DNA of 64,000 nt from Polaromonas sp. YR568. Its GTDB lineage: Bacteria > Pseudomonadota > Gammaproteobacteria > Burkholderiales > Burkholderiaceae_C. The position numbers were made by a program, and so were the translations under genes. Under the pieces are notes generated by a model, which saw nothing but the letters and a program-made list of their open reading frames with translations, had not been told where the DNA came from and searched no databases. Shown here one piece after another: positions 47,783 to 57,262 of this stretch (within the stretch, counting starts at the first letter, position 1; the number at the start of each line of letters is the position of its first letter). Location of the stretch: the NCBI RefSeq assembly GCF_943371715.1, contig NZ_CALRVW010000021.1, forward strand, positions 2,254 to 66,253, read 5' to 3'.

Positions 47783-48031
47783 GGGTTCAATATAAGGGTT
47801 TTCCCTAGAATGTCCAGCCCTGAAGGCTATTTAATCGGGCAAACCCGGGGGTCGCCCGAGTTTATAGTCAAAAACGGCTTCAACCCTTTGGGGACGGGCG
47901 TCAGCAGCTATGAATACCGTAGCAAATGTCCGCGTCGGGCGTCCACCCAGCCGGGACTAATCGACATCAAAAGGGGGACACCCCCCTAAATCAGCGCCTG
48001 GACTGGTCCAGGCCCACCCCGGAGGCGCCCA

Positions 48032-48505
48032 TCAAACCGGCACCGCCGTCGTCGTTTTCACCCGGTCCAGCACAAAACTGGTCTTGCAGTCCTGCACGCT
48101 GGGATGTTTGAGCAGCGTGTCCATGATGAAGCGGCTGTAGTGGCCCATGTCGGCCACCACCACACGCAGCAGATAGTCCATCTCCCCGGTCAGCGCCGCG
48201 CATTCCACCACTTCGGGCCAGGTCTGCACACTGGCGCGAAACAGGTCCATGGGGTTTCGCTTGTGTGATTCCGTGTGTTTTTCCAGCCGCACGTTGATAT
48301 AGGCGGTCAGCCCCAGCCCGACCGACTCGGGCTTGACCAGCGCCACATAGCGGTCGATCACGCCGCTTTCCTCCAGCCGCTTGACGCGCCGCAGCACCGC
48401 GCTCGGCGAGAGGCTGACCTGCTCGGCGATCTGTTCGTACGTCGCCCTTCCGTCAGCCTGAAGGCTGCGCAGTATGAGCTTGTCCAGCTTGTCGAGTGCT
48501 TCCAC
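48032..48505 (-). CDS. Lrp/AsnC-family regulator (start uncertain, 48505-48562)
   Basis: LDKLDKLIL..LQ.DGR, LSPSAVLRRVKRLEE.GVI, TGEMDY; divergent from hppD. Confidence 0.92.
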   Translation of the reverse strand: MEALDKLDKLILRSLQADGRATYEQIAEQVSLSPSAVLRRVKRLEESGVIDRYVALVKPESVGLGLTAYINVRLEKHTESHKRNPMDLFRASVQTWPEVVECAALTGEMDYLLRVVVADMGHYSRFIMDTLLKHPSVQDCKTSFVLDRVKTTTAVPV

Positions 48506-48631
48506 GCGTCGTATTTTGCAGGTTTGATGCGCATTCATCAAGTTTGGCGCCGTGTTTTGCATAAAAATTGATCCGCACCGCGTCTAAAGTGGATGTGCCG
48601 CTATTTTTTTCTGAACCGCCTGGAGACACAC

Positions 48632-49768
48632 ATGAACGCCGCCACCACCCAACCCGCCCCTTCTTCAGCCCCCACCGCCGCGGCTGCCTGGGACAACCCC
48701 ATGGGCACGGACGGCTTCGAGTTCATTGAATACGCCGCGCCGGATCCGGCCGCCATGGGCGCCCTGTTCGAGCGCATGGGCTTCAAGCCGATTGCCAAAC
48801 ACCGCCACAAGAACGTGACGCTGTACCGCCAGGGCGGCATCAACTTCATCATCAACGCCGAGCCCGACTCCTTTGCCCAGCGGTTTGCGCGCCAGCACGG
48901 CCCCAGCGTCTGCGCCATCGCCTTTCGCGTGCAGGATGCCAAGGCCGCCTACGAACGCGCGATTTCGCTGGGCGCCTGGGGTTACGCCCACACCGCCGGC
49001 CCCGGCGAGCTGAACATCCCGGCGATCAAGGGCATTGGTGACTCCATCATCTATTTCATCGACCGCTGGCGCGGCAAGAACGGCGCCAGGGAAGGCGACA
49101 TCGGCAACATCGGTTTCTTCGATGTGGACTTCGAGCCCCTGCCCGGTGCGGAACTCAACCCGGTCGGCCACGGCCTGACCTACATCGACCACCTGACGCA
49201 CAACGTGCACCGCGGCCGCATGGCCGAGTGGTCGGGCTTTTACGAGCGCCTGTTCAACTTCCGTGAAGTACGCTACTTCGACATCGAAGGCCAGACCACC
49301 GGCGTCAAGAGCAAGGCCATGACCAGCCCCTGCGGGAAGATCCGCATTCCGATCAACGAGGAAGGCAACGAAAAAGCCGGCCAGATCCAGGAGTACCTCG
49401 ACCGCTACCAGGGCGAAGGCATCCAGCACATCGCGATGGGGTCCGACGACCTGTACGCCACGGTGGACGCGCTGCAGCTGAGTGGCATCAAGCTGCTCAA
49501 CACCAGCGATATTTACTACGAGCTGCTCGACAAACGCATTCCGGGCCACGGCGAAAACGTGGCCGAGTTGCGCTCGCGCAACATCCTGGTGGACGGCACG
49601 CCCGGCGAATTGCTGCTGCAGATCTTCAGCGAGAACCAGCTCGGCCCGATCTTCTTCGAGTTCATCCAGCGCAAAGGCAACCAGGGCTTTGGCGAAGGCA
49701 ACTTCAAGGCACTGTTTGAAACCATGGAGCTGGACCAGATGCGCCGCGGCGTGCTGCAGACAGCCTGA
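48632..49768 (+). CDS. hppD: 4-hydroxyphenylpyruvate dioxygenase
   Basis: NPMGTDGFEFIEY, IDHLTHNV, GIQHIA, FFEFIQRKGNQGFGEGNF. Confidence 0.98.
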   Translation: MNAATTQPAPSSAPTAAAAWDNPMGTDGFEFIEYAAPDPAAMGALFERMGFKPIAKHRHKNVTLYRQGGINFIINAEPDSFAQRFARQHGPSVCAIAFRVQDAKAAYERAISLGAWGYAHTAGPGELNIPAIKGIGDSIIYFIDRWRGKNGAREGDIGNIGFFDVDFEPLPGAELNPVGHGLTYIDHLTHNVHRGRMAEWSGFYERLFNFREVRYFDIEGQTTGVKSKAMTSPCGKIRIPINEEGNEKAGQIQEYLDRYQGEGIQHIAMGSDDLYATVDALQLSGIKLLNTSDIYYELLDKRIPGHGENVAELRSRNILVDGTPGELLLQIFSENQLGPIFFEFIQRKGNQGFGEGNFKALFETMELDQMRRGVLQTA

Positions 49769-49778
49769 CCGATCATTC

Positions 49779-49840
49779 CCGTTCGGGCTGAGCCCGTCGA
49801 AGCCCCTCACCCGGCCCTTCGACACGCTCAGGGCGAACGG
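49779..49840. repeat. REP-like extragenic palindrome
   Basis: CCGTTCGGGCTGAGCCCGTCGAAG...CTTCGACACGCTCAGGGCGAACGG imperfect inverted pair. Confidence 0.75.
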
Positions 49841-49855
49841 TCAACAGAGAAATAT

Positions 49856-50707
49856 ATGGCCATCGAACCAGTTGTCTACGGCGCCAGCGAGCGCCCGCCG
49901 CGCGGTGATTACACACGTGCCGGCGCAGACTACACCTGCCCGCAGGACTACGACAGCTACACCGCCGCCGACCACGATACCTACCGGCGCCTGTACGAGC
50001 GCCAGGCGGCACTGCTGCCCGGCCTGGCCTGCGACGAATTCATCGCCGCCCTGCCATCGCTGGGCGCCAGCGACCACATCCCGCGCTTTGACGACATCAA
50101 CGAACGCCTGCACAAAGCCACCGGCTGGGAAATCGTCACCGTGCCCGGGCTGATCCCGGAAGTGCCTTTTTTCACGCTACTGGCCAACCGCAAATTTCCG
50201 GTGACCGACTGGATACGCAAGCCGGAAGAGTTCGACTACATCGTCGAACCCGATGTATTTCACGACCTGTTCGGCCATGTGCCGTTGCTGTTCAACCCCG
50301 TCTTTGCCGACCACATGCAGGAATACGGCAAGGGCGGACTGAAAGCCCACGGCCTGGGCACCTGCGAACAACTCAGCCGGCTCTACTGGTACACGGTCGA
50401 GTTCGGGCTGATCCAGCAGAAAGACGGCCTGCGCGCCTATGGTGCCGGCATCCTGAGTTCATCCGGAGAACTGAAGCATTCCGTTCAAAGCCCCGAGCCG
50501 CAACGCCTGCCGCTGGACATTGAACGCGTCATGCGCACCCGCTACAAGATCGACAGCTACCAGCAGACCTACTTCGTCATCAACAGTTTCCAGGAACTGT
50601 TCGACAAAACCGCGCCCGACTTCACGCCGATTTACCAGCGCCTGCGGGGCTTGCCCGACATCGCCGCCGGCGCAAGGCCGGCTGAAGAAGCAGCCGTTCA
50701 ACACTGA
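49856..50707 (+). CDS. phhA: Phenylalanine 4-monooxygenase
   Basis: YIVEPDVFHDLFGHVPLL, LYWYTVEFGL, YGAGILSS. Confidence 0.97.
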   Translation: MAIEPVVYGASERPPRGDYTRAGADYTCPQDYDSYTAADHDTYRRLYERQAALLPGLACDEFIAALPSLGASDHIPRFDDINERLHKATGWEIVTVPGLIPEVPFFTLLANRKFPVTDWIRKPEEFDYIVEPDVFHDLFGHVPLLFNPVFADHMQEYGKGGLKAHGLGTCEQLSRLYWYTVEFGLIQQKDGLRAYGAGILSSSGELKHSVQSPEPQRLPLDIERVMRTRYKIDSYQQTYFVINSFQELFDKTAPDFTPIYQRLRGLPDIAAGARPAEEAAVQH

Positions 50708-51021
50708 AACAACATCGCGCGGCGCAGCGGGGCGCGACAGCCATTGAATGGTCGTCGGGACGGTTTCCTCCTACAAATGAGGAGAGAAAAGTTCTGTTAC
50801 ACCGTTTACGATGAAGACCCATCGCGCTGCATAGACAACGCCAAGACGGCCAACACCAGCTTCGGCACACTGGCCGCCCCCCATGACGAAGCAATAGGCC
50901 AAGCAAGATTTCCCCTTTTCAAGCCGAAAAGTTGAGCCTAAACTCGTCATGCTTGAACATTGCGTTGCAATTGTTACCGGCATACGGCGATTTCATCAAT
51001 CCGAACTGAGGAGAGTGTTTT

Positions 51022-51507
51022 ATGGGCATTTTTATGAAAGAGCACGACATCTACGTCGGCAGCCTGCAGGAGAAACTGAACCTGCGGTTTGCACCGTCTC
51101 TGGGCACCAAGGAGCTGCATGGCGGGCTAGACGAAATGGTGGAGCTGCAAAAAGAATTCGAGATCTTCAAGTTAGGCAGAAGCTTCGCAACCAGTATTGC
51201 GGCATTAAACCTGACGGGGCTCTCGAATGCGGAGACGAAGAATCGCTTTCAGCGCTACCTCACCAGTTTGAGAAAAGTGAAGTCCAATGTGGCCACGAAA
51301 AGCGGCGATGCAGCCATCGTGGACGCATTGATCCGGAATCTGGCCGCGAAAAAACCACTGCCGGTTTACTTTGAACTGCACGACCTCAATGCCTCCAAAG
51401 AAGCCGGTCGCGTCCTGATCACCGAAAGAGGTCGTCCGCTCTTTTATATGAAACAGGATTACCTCGTTGTCTCGTTGCCGCTCGGGCTGGATTCCAAGGC
51501 CAAATAG
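51022..51507 (+). CDS. Hypothetical protein, 161 aa
   Basis: GAGGAG RBS, protein-like composition, 9 nt before the next gene; no family recognised. Confidence 0.75.
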   Translation: MGIFMKEHDIYVGSLQEKLNLRFAPSLGTKELHGGLDEMVELQKEFEIFKLGRSFATSIAALNLTGLSNAETKNRFQRYLTSLRKVKSNVATKSGDAAIVDALIRNLAAKKPLPVYFELHDLNASKEAGRVLITERGRPLFYMKQDYLVVSLPLGLDSKAK

Positions 51508-51516
51508 CCGTCAGCA

Positions 51517-52218
51517 ATGCAGCATGGAAGAAGCCCACTGGCGACCGGTGTAGTGCCCCGTGCTTCACCTCGGTTCGCGGGCTTGTGCTCGGATATCGAG
51601 CGTTACTACACAGCCAAGATCGGGCTTTACGGGACCAGTCCACTGGGAGTGGACTGGTCTTGTGAACCTACACAGAAACTGCGATTTATCCAAGTCCTGA
51701 AGGTCTGCGACTTCGATTCGCCATTTTCTCTCGCCGATTTGGGCTGCGGCTATGGTGCACTGCTGGGATTTCTGGCCGAGCGATTCCATGACAAACAAGT
51801 GCGCTACAAGGGCATCGACCTGTCTCCCGCCATGATTGTTCAGGCGAGCCGGTTGTGGGGCAGGAGGACGGATACCGAGTTTACGGTTGGCAATGAACTG
51901 AGCGGCCTCTCTGACTACACTGTCGCCAGCGGCATCTTCAACGTAAAACTTCACCAGCCTGAAATCCGGTGGAGACGATTTGTTCAGGCCACATTGGCCC
52001 ATATGCATGCCCATAGCCGGCGTGGCTTCGCAGTCAACTTTCTGGCCCCGCTCACGGACACCGAGAAAACCCGTCCGGAGCTATATCGGGCTGAGCCAGA
52101 GCTGTGGTGCGACTATTGCGAGCGAGCGCTGGGTGCAGATGTCACGCTGCTGACGGGCTACGGAATGCGGGAATACACCTTGCTTGTGCGACATCGCGCC
52201 AGCTTGCCCGCGCGCTAG
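51517..52218 (+). CDS. Class I SAM-dependent methyltransferase
   Basis: LADLGCGYG, YKGIDLSPAM, DYTVASGIFN. Confidence 0.88.
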   Translation: MQHGRSPLATGVVPRASPRFAGLCSDIERYYTAKIGLYGTSPLGVDWSCEPTQKLRFIQVLKVCDFDSPFSLADLGCGYGALLGFLAERFHDKQVRYKGIDLSPAMIVQASRLWGRRTDTEFTVGNELSGLSDYTVASGIFNVKLHQPEIRWRRFVQATLAHMHAHSRRGFAVNFLAPLTDTEKTRPELYRAEPELWCDYCERALGADVTLLTGYGMREYTLLVRHRASLPAR

Positions 52219-55200
52219 TCGCCGCTGAGTTGCACGATGTAGGCCTCTTCACGCAGCAAGGCCGCTTCACAAATTTTGGCGCCGGTCATCCCAATCAGCT
52301 CCCGAGCTTGCCCAAAAATGACCTCGGCGTCGCTCACTCTGTTCTTGACACCGCTCCGCGCCAGGGCACCACCCCAAACGATCAGCGCCCGGCATTCTGT
52401 TACCCGGTTGCTCCGCTGCCGCGAAGTTTCCACAGCCGACTGCGCATCAGCCAGTGATTGCTCAAAATTTCCGGCGCCATACCGGCATTCGGCAAGGCTC
52501 GCCAGGATTTCTGCCTCAAACTCGACGGCAACCTGGGTACTCCTGATCAGCGCCAGCGCCTCGGAAAATTCAAATGCGGCCTTCTCAAAGTTTGCAGCAG
52601 CAGCTTGGGCCAACCCATTGGTCCACAGGTGCGTCGCCCTGGAGTAAGCGTTCCGACTCGTTTGGGCAATGCTAGCCACATGCTCCGCCTGTTCAAGCAC
52701 CAGACCGGTATCTTTCAGGCTCCACGCCAACTCCGCCTTCAGGTGATGCGCCATCTGCCGAATCACCGGATCGTGGCCGGGTTCAATCGACTCAAACAAA
52801 ACCTGCAGGTACCGGCCTGCCTCATCAAAACGCATCATACGGATGAGCAGACGCACCCGGACACCCAGGACCCACTGCTTGATGTCGAAGCCAAAAAATT
52901 CGCGGTCCAGCTTGTCGATACTCGCCGCCCCCCGCAACGCGATGTCATTCGCAGCCAGCCCCTGCTCAAGCAGTCCGGCCCATGTATAGGCATGACTAAG
53001 GGCCGCATTCATCGTTGCAGTACGCCCGATATCACCGTCGTGAACAGTCAGGGCGAGAGCCTTTTTGATGCTCTCCACATACGAGTCTGCCTGGCCTCCA
53101 CCCCCCTGCAATATCCGTCCCTCGGCAAGATACAGCAACTGGATCAGCCGACCATCGACGTCGGTGGCCAGTTCGATGGTTTCACGCACGATGAGTTGCA
53201 CTTCCTCGGGGCTCAATCCTTCGCGCCATCCAAGGTAAACAAACCCGCCTCCAATTTGCACGCGCAATCTGTCCACCTCCGGCGAGCGCGGCTGGTCAAG
53301 CAAAAGCGCACGTGCTTTGCGCCAATGTTTCATGGCCTGGGTTGAATTAGTGGCTCCCAGCCACTTGGCCGCGCGGGCTTCGTGCTGTGCCGCATTCACA
53401 GGCTGGCCAGCCGCCTCGTAGTGGTGCGCAATCAACGCCGCAAATTCGTCCGGTTGCGAGCGGTAGTGGGCTTCGATGGCCACAGCTACCGCCGCATGCA
53501 GCCCGGCACGACGGGCCTTGAGTTGGCTGCTATACGCCACCTCCTGAATAAGGGGGTGGCGAAATGCGAACCTGCGCCCACCGGCAATTTCCCGTAGCAA
53601 CTCCAGCAACTCGGCCTCACACAGGCTGTCAAGTCCGCTTTCAAGCTGATTGGCCAGGTAGACAGCGACCTGCTGCAACACCGGCAACGGGATTTCCTTG
53701 CCAATGACGGCACAAATATGCAGTAAAGCCTTCTGGCTGGAGACAAGGCGATCTATGCGCTCGGCAATAACCGCCTGCACCGTAGGAGGAAGTGCACGCG
53801 CAATCGTTTCGGCGCTGGGTTTTTTGCCATCGGATTGATCCGACAGAATGCCGCTTTCCGAGAGCGAATGAACCAACTCTTCCGCGAAAAATGGATTGCC
53901 GGCACATCGCTCAACAATAGGCAGAAAAGCGTCTCTTGACTCGCCATGACGGCCCAACAATTCAAGCACAAGTTCCTGCGTATCCTCGGCGCTCAACTGC
54001 CCGAGATTCATTTGCTGAAAATGGGGCAGCGTTGCCCAGGGCGCGCGATAGTTGGGGCGGTAATTAAGGAGCAACAAGGTACGCGCCCTTGCGACAGTCT
54101 CCACCAGCACCTGAAGGAATTCCTCGCTTGCTTCGTCCAGCCAGTGCAGATCCTCAAAAACAATGACCGAGATGGACGCTCCGTTGTATGTCGCCAGTTC
54201 GCGCACGATCTCCAGTAACCTGGTGCGCCGCGCTTTGGGAGGCAGCGAGCAAGGCGGCGCATCGGCCGCCGAGACTCCCAAGAATTCGTTCAGAAGCGCC
54301 AGATCGTCGAAAGATGTCGGTCCAATCTCCGACATCCGGCGGGTGATGAGCGCCCTGGCTGTTGCCTGATCGTCCTCTGCGGAAATATCGAAAAAGCAGG
54401 TGCGCATGAGTGCCAACACCGGTTGCAGCGGGGTAGCATGACCGTAAAGAGGCGTGCGCACCTCGTGGACGGTGACGCCCTGCTCGCGGCACCAATGGGC
54501 AAACTCGTGGCCGAGCCGGCTCTTGCCAGTACCCGGAGCCCCTGACAGGCCAATAGCGGAACCAAGCCCCGTGCCGGCCCGGCGCAACGCATCCTGAAGC
54601 ATCAGAACCTCACGCTTGCGGCCCCGGAATGACGAAAGCACCGCCTGATGGAAGTGAACACGCTCAACATCGCTCTTCATCCGCAGCAGTGCATAAATCT
54701 CAACAGGCTCTGCAATTCCCTTGAGATCCTGTACTCCAATGGCACGTACCTCGCAGGCAGGGCGCACGAGTGCAAGACATGCCGCCGTCATGCACACACC
54801 ACCCGGTTCAGCCAACCCAACTACCCGGCTGGCAAGATGAATGGCGCGGCCGTGAACGCCGCCTCCAATATTTGCATCCACTGCCTGCGGATCGGAGGCC
54901 ACCTGCCCCGAATGCAGCCCGACACGAATGGACAGCCCTTGCGGGTGGTTGGTGAATGCCGCCTGCATGGCAAGCGCCGCCTCGCAAGCAAGGCTGGCAT
55001 GTCCCTCAAGTGCACGGGGAACACCAAAAACAGCCATGACTCCATCGCCCAGCGTGCGAACGACGGTGCCGCCAAAATGTTCGATGGCATTGCACATTCG
55101 CGCAACCGCCGGTCTGAAATGTCCCATGGCCTGCTCGGCATCCAAGCCGGCAATTCGCTCCGTGGAACTGACGATATCTGCAAACAGGATAGTCGCCAGT

Positions 55201-55412
55201 TTGAGTTCTCCCCAGTTCGCGGCGGGTGCTGTGACCACCCCAGGCATGATCGCCCGCTTCTGCGCAGCACCGCAACTCCCACAGAATTTGGCCGCAGGTC
55301 CGCATTCGTGGCCACAGGCGACGCAGACTTGCGCCAACCCCATACCGCAATTCTCACAATAGCGGTTGGTCTCGGCGTTGACGGCGGCGCAGGTCGGGCA
55401 ATTCATGACCAA
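52215..55412 (-). CDS. Double zinc ribbon + class III nucleotide cyclase + AAA/STAND-like ATPase + TPR-like protein
   Basis: Four CxxC pairs, LFADIVSST, LGDGVMAVFG, GAPGTGKS Walker A, FEDLHWLD Walker B, GNPFFAEEL, FRHPLIQEVAY. Confidence 0.92.
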   Translation of the reverse strand: MVMNCPTCAAVNAETNRYCENCGMGLAQVCVACGHECGPAAKFCGSCGAAQKRAIMPGVVTAPAANWGELKLATILFADIVSSTERIAGLDAEQAMGHFRPAVARMCNAIEHFGGTVVRTLGDGVMAVFGVPRALEGHASLACEAALAMQAAFTNHPQGLSIRVGLHSGQVASDPQAVDANIGGGVHGRAIHLASRVVGLAEPGGVCMTAACLALVRPACEVRAIGVQDLKGIAEPVEIYALLRMKSDVERVHFHQAVLSSFRGRKREVLMLQDALRRAGTGLGSAIGLSGAPGTGKSRLGHEFAHWCREQGVTVHEVRTPLYGHATPLQPVLALMRTCFFDISAEDDQATARALITRRMSEIGPTSFDDLALLNEFLGVSAADAPPCSLPPKARRTRLLEIVRELATYNGASISVIVFEDLHWLDEASEEFLQVLVETVARARTLLLLNYRPNYRAPWATLPHFQQMNLGQLSAEDTQELVLELLGRHGESRDAFLPIVERCAGNPFFAEELVHSLSESGILSDQSDGKKPSAETIARALPPTVQAVIAERIDRLVSSQKALLHICAVIGKEIPLPVLQQVAVYLANQLESGLDSLCEAELLELLREIAGGRRFAFRHPLIQEVAYSSQLKARRAGLHAAVAVAIEAHYRSQPDEFAALIAHHYEAAGQPVNAAQHEARAAKWLGATNSTQAMKHWRKARALLLDQPRSPEVDRLRVQIGGGFVYLGWREGLSPEEVQLIVRETIELATDVDGRLIQLLYLAEGRILQGGGGQADSYVESIKKALALTVHDGDIGRTATMNAALSHAYTWAGLLEQGLAANDIALRGAASIDKLDREFFGFDIKQWVLGVRVRLLIRMMRFDEAGRYLQVLFESIEPGHDPVIRQMAHHLKAELAWSLKDTGLVLEQAEHVASIAQTSRNAYSRATHLWTNGLAQAAAANFEKAAFEFSEALALIRSTQVAVEFEAEILASLAECRYGAGNFEQSLADAQSAVETSRQRSNRVTECRALIVWGGALARSGVKNRVSDAEVIFGQARELIGMTGAKICEAALLREEAYIVQLSGD

Positions 55413-55431
55413 ATGTTACGCCGCCACGGTT

Positions 55432-56496
55432 TCAGGCGAGCACATTGACCTTTTTCCAGGCACTCTTGACTGCTTCGTGGGTTTCGGAACCCTTGCCATG
55501 TAGCGTCGCCGCAACGATCAGGGTCGCGTGGGCAGCGTCCAGGAAAGTCGCGCGCGCCCTTAACCGGTCGAACCCCTTGAACCAGACGGGCCCCAGTGTT
55601 TCCCAAGAGCGCCCCCCCAGTTTCATCGCAGCCAGGTAAAACGCATGGTTGGCAATACCCGATGCCTTGTGAGCGTCGTCTGTGATCTTGAAACGCTTGT
55701 AGTCTTTAATCTGGTCGTCTTCAGGCCAGGTCATCCTGGTGTTACCAGGGTCCTTCAGCGAACGAATGGCCTTGCCTGCCTGGGGAGCCAGGATGTCCTC
55801 GCCCAGTAACCAGCTAGCCGCCTGCACCTCTTCTCCAGCATGCCATTGTTTGATCATGCTGGCGCACACGTCGGAGAAGGATTCATTCAGCGCACCGGCT
55901 TCACCTTTTAGGGTGGGCGGCTGGCCGGGGACTTGCACCACGCCAAGCCCACCCTTGACCATGTGCTGGCTGATGCCATGAGAAAACTCATGGGCGATGA
56001 TTCCCAGCGAGCCGGCCAGATTGGTGACGTGTTTGCCATCACCGTCGCCTACAAGCATTTGCTCACCGGTCCACATTGCATTGGCGAAGCTGTAGCCATA
56101 GTGAACACTGGCATCGATACGCATCCCCTTGCCATCGACAGAGTCACGGCCCAGCACGTTCGCGAAAAACTGCAGCGCGATGCCAATGTTGTCGTACGCT
56201 TGGTTGGCGATCTGGTCGTGGGAGGGGGGATCGTCCTCGTCACGGAGAATTTTGCCGGGCAAAAAAGTTCGGCCTTGGGCGTCAAACACCTGGCGGTGCA
56301 GAATTTTGGCGCCACGTTTGGTAGCCACTACTTTCCGGCTACTGGCAGCCCCCCGCTGTCCGCGCAACTGGGACGAGTGCTGGAGTTGCTCCATCAACAT
56401 TTCACGGTCCTCGTCCTGCGACGTATTGGCAAAATGCCGCAACATTTTTTTCGGGACAGCAAAGCACACGCATCCATACTTGACGCTCATAAGCAA
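55432..56496 (-). CDS. M4 metallopeptidase, protealysin-like
   Basis: Short propeptide (CFAVPKKML), FANAMWTGEQM..GDGDG, HEFSH, GALNESFSD; no signal peptide. Confidence 0.92.
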   Translation of the reverse strand: MLMSVKYGCVCFAVPKKMLRHFANTSQDEDREMLMEQLQHSSQLRGQRGAASSRKVVATKRGAKILHRQVFDAQGRTFLPGKILRDEDDPPSHDQIANQAYDNIGIALQFFANVLGRDSVDGKGMRIDASVHYGYSFANAMWTGEQMLVGDGDGKHVTNLAGSLGIIAHEFSHGISQHMVKGGLGVVQVPGQPPTLKGEAGALNESFSDVCASMIKQWHAGEEVQAASWLLGEDILAPQAGKAIRSLKDPGNTRMTWPEDDQIKDYKRFKITDDAHKASGIANHAFYLAAMKLGGRSWETLGPVWFKGFDRLRARATFLDAAHATLIVAATLHGKGSETHEAVKSAWKKVNVLA

Positions 56497-56537
56497 CTCC
56501 TGCGACGTTGAGAAACGCGGGTATTTCGGCGCCAGAG

Positions 56538-57197
56538 CTACCAGCGACTGGGCAGCTTCTTGAGCAAGGTGATGCGCCGGATGCCCAGTTCGATGTAGCC
56601 GCCTTTTTCGAGGTCTTTGAGCAGCCGGCTGACCATCTCGCGCGAGGCGCCCACGCGATTGGCAATGTCCTGATGGGTGATGGACTCCAGGGTGGCGCTG
56701 CCGCCGGGTGCCTCGCCCGTGTCTTCCCGACGCTCTTCAAGCAAGGCGACCAGCCGCCCATACACATCGAGCAGCGCCATGTTTCGCGCCGTCTCTGTCG
56801 CAGAGCGGGCCCGGCGTATCACCTGAACCACCAGATTGATTGCAAATTCAGGTTCTTCCACCAGGTGTTCGCTGACATCCGTCCGGCTCAGCACCGCGCA
56901 AGTGCAGGGCTCCAGCGTCATCACCGAGGCAGAGCGTGGCCCACCATCGAGCGACATCTCACCAAAATAGTCGCCCGCATTGACCGTCCCGTAAGTGATT
57001 TCCCGTCCACTTTCGTCCATGGCGAACACCTTGACACTGCCCTTGAGCAGGACAAAGAGGCTGTCGCCGGACTCACCCTCATTGATCAACACCGCGTTTT
57101 TTCGGTAGGTCCGCAACACGCCGCGGCGCGCCAGGGAGCGCAACTCGGGAACCAGTGGCGTGTAAAGGTCTTCGTTGGAAGGAAGTGACGTGCTCAT
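56538..57197 (-). CDS. Crp/Fnr-family cNMP-binding regulator (CRP-like)
   Basis: FGEMSL...PRSASV cAMP pocket; HTH SREMVSR resembling CRP SRETVGR. Confidence 0.93.
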   Translation of the reverse strand: MSTSLPSNEDLYTPLVPELRSLARRGVLRTYRKNAVLINEGESGDSLFVLLKGSVKVFAMDESGREITYGTVNAGDYFGEMSLDGGPRSASVMTLEPCTCAVLSRTDVSEHLVEEPEFAINLVVQVIRRARSATETARNMALLDVYGRLVALLEERREDTGEAPGGSATLESITHQDIANRVGASREMVSRLLKDLEKGGYIELGIRRITLLKKLPSRW

Positions 57198-57262
57198 GAT
57201 GAGCCGTAATCTAGCACGCGGCGGGCTCCCGGTGTGGGCCGCGCAGGGACGACAACCCCTTT

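Noticed and set aside
50708-51021. Short ORFs and a CTCCT-N7-AGGAG hairpin between phhA and the 161-aa gene
   Set aside because: No RBS, motif or riboswitch consensus recognised.
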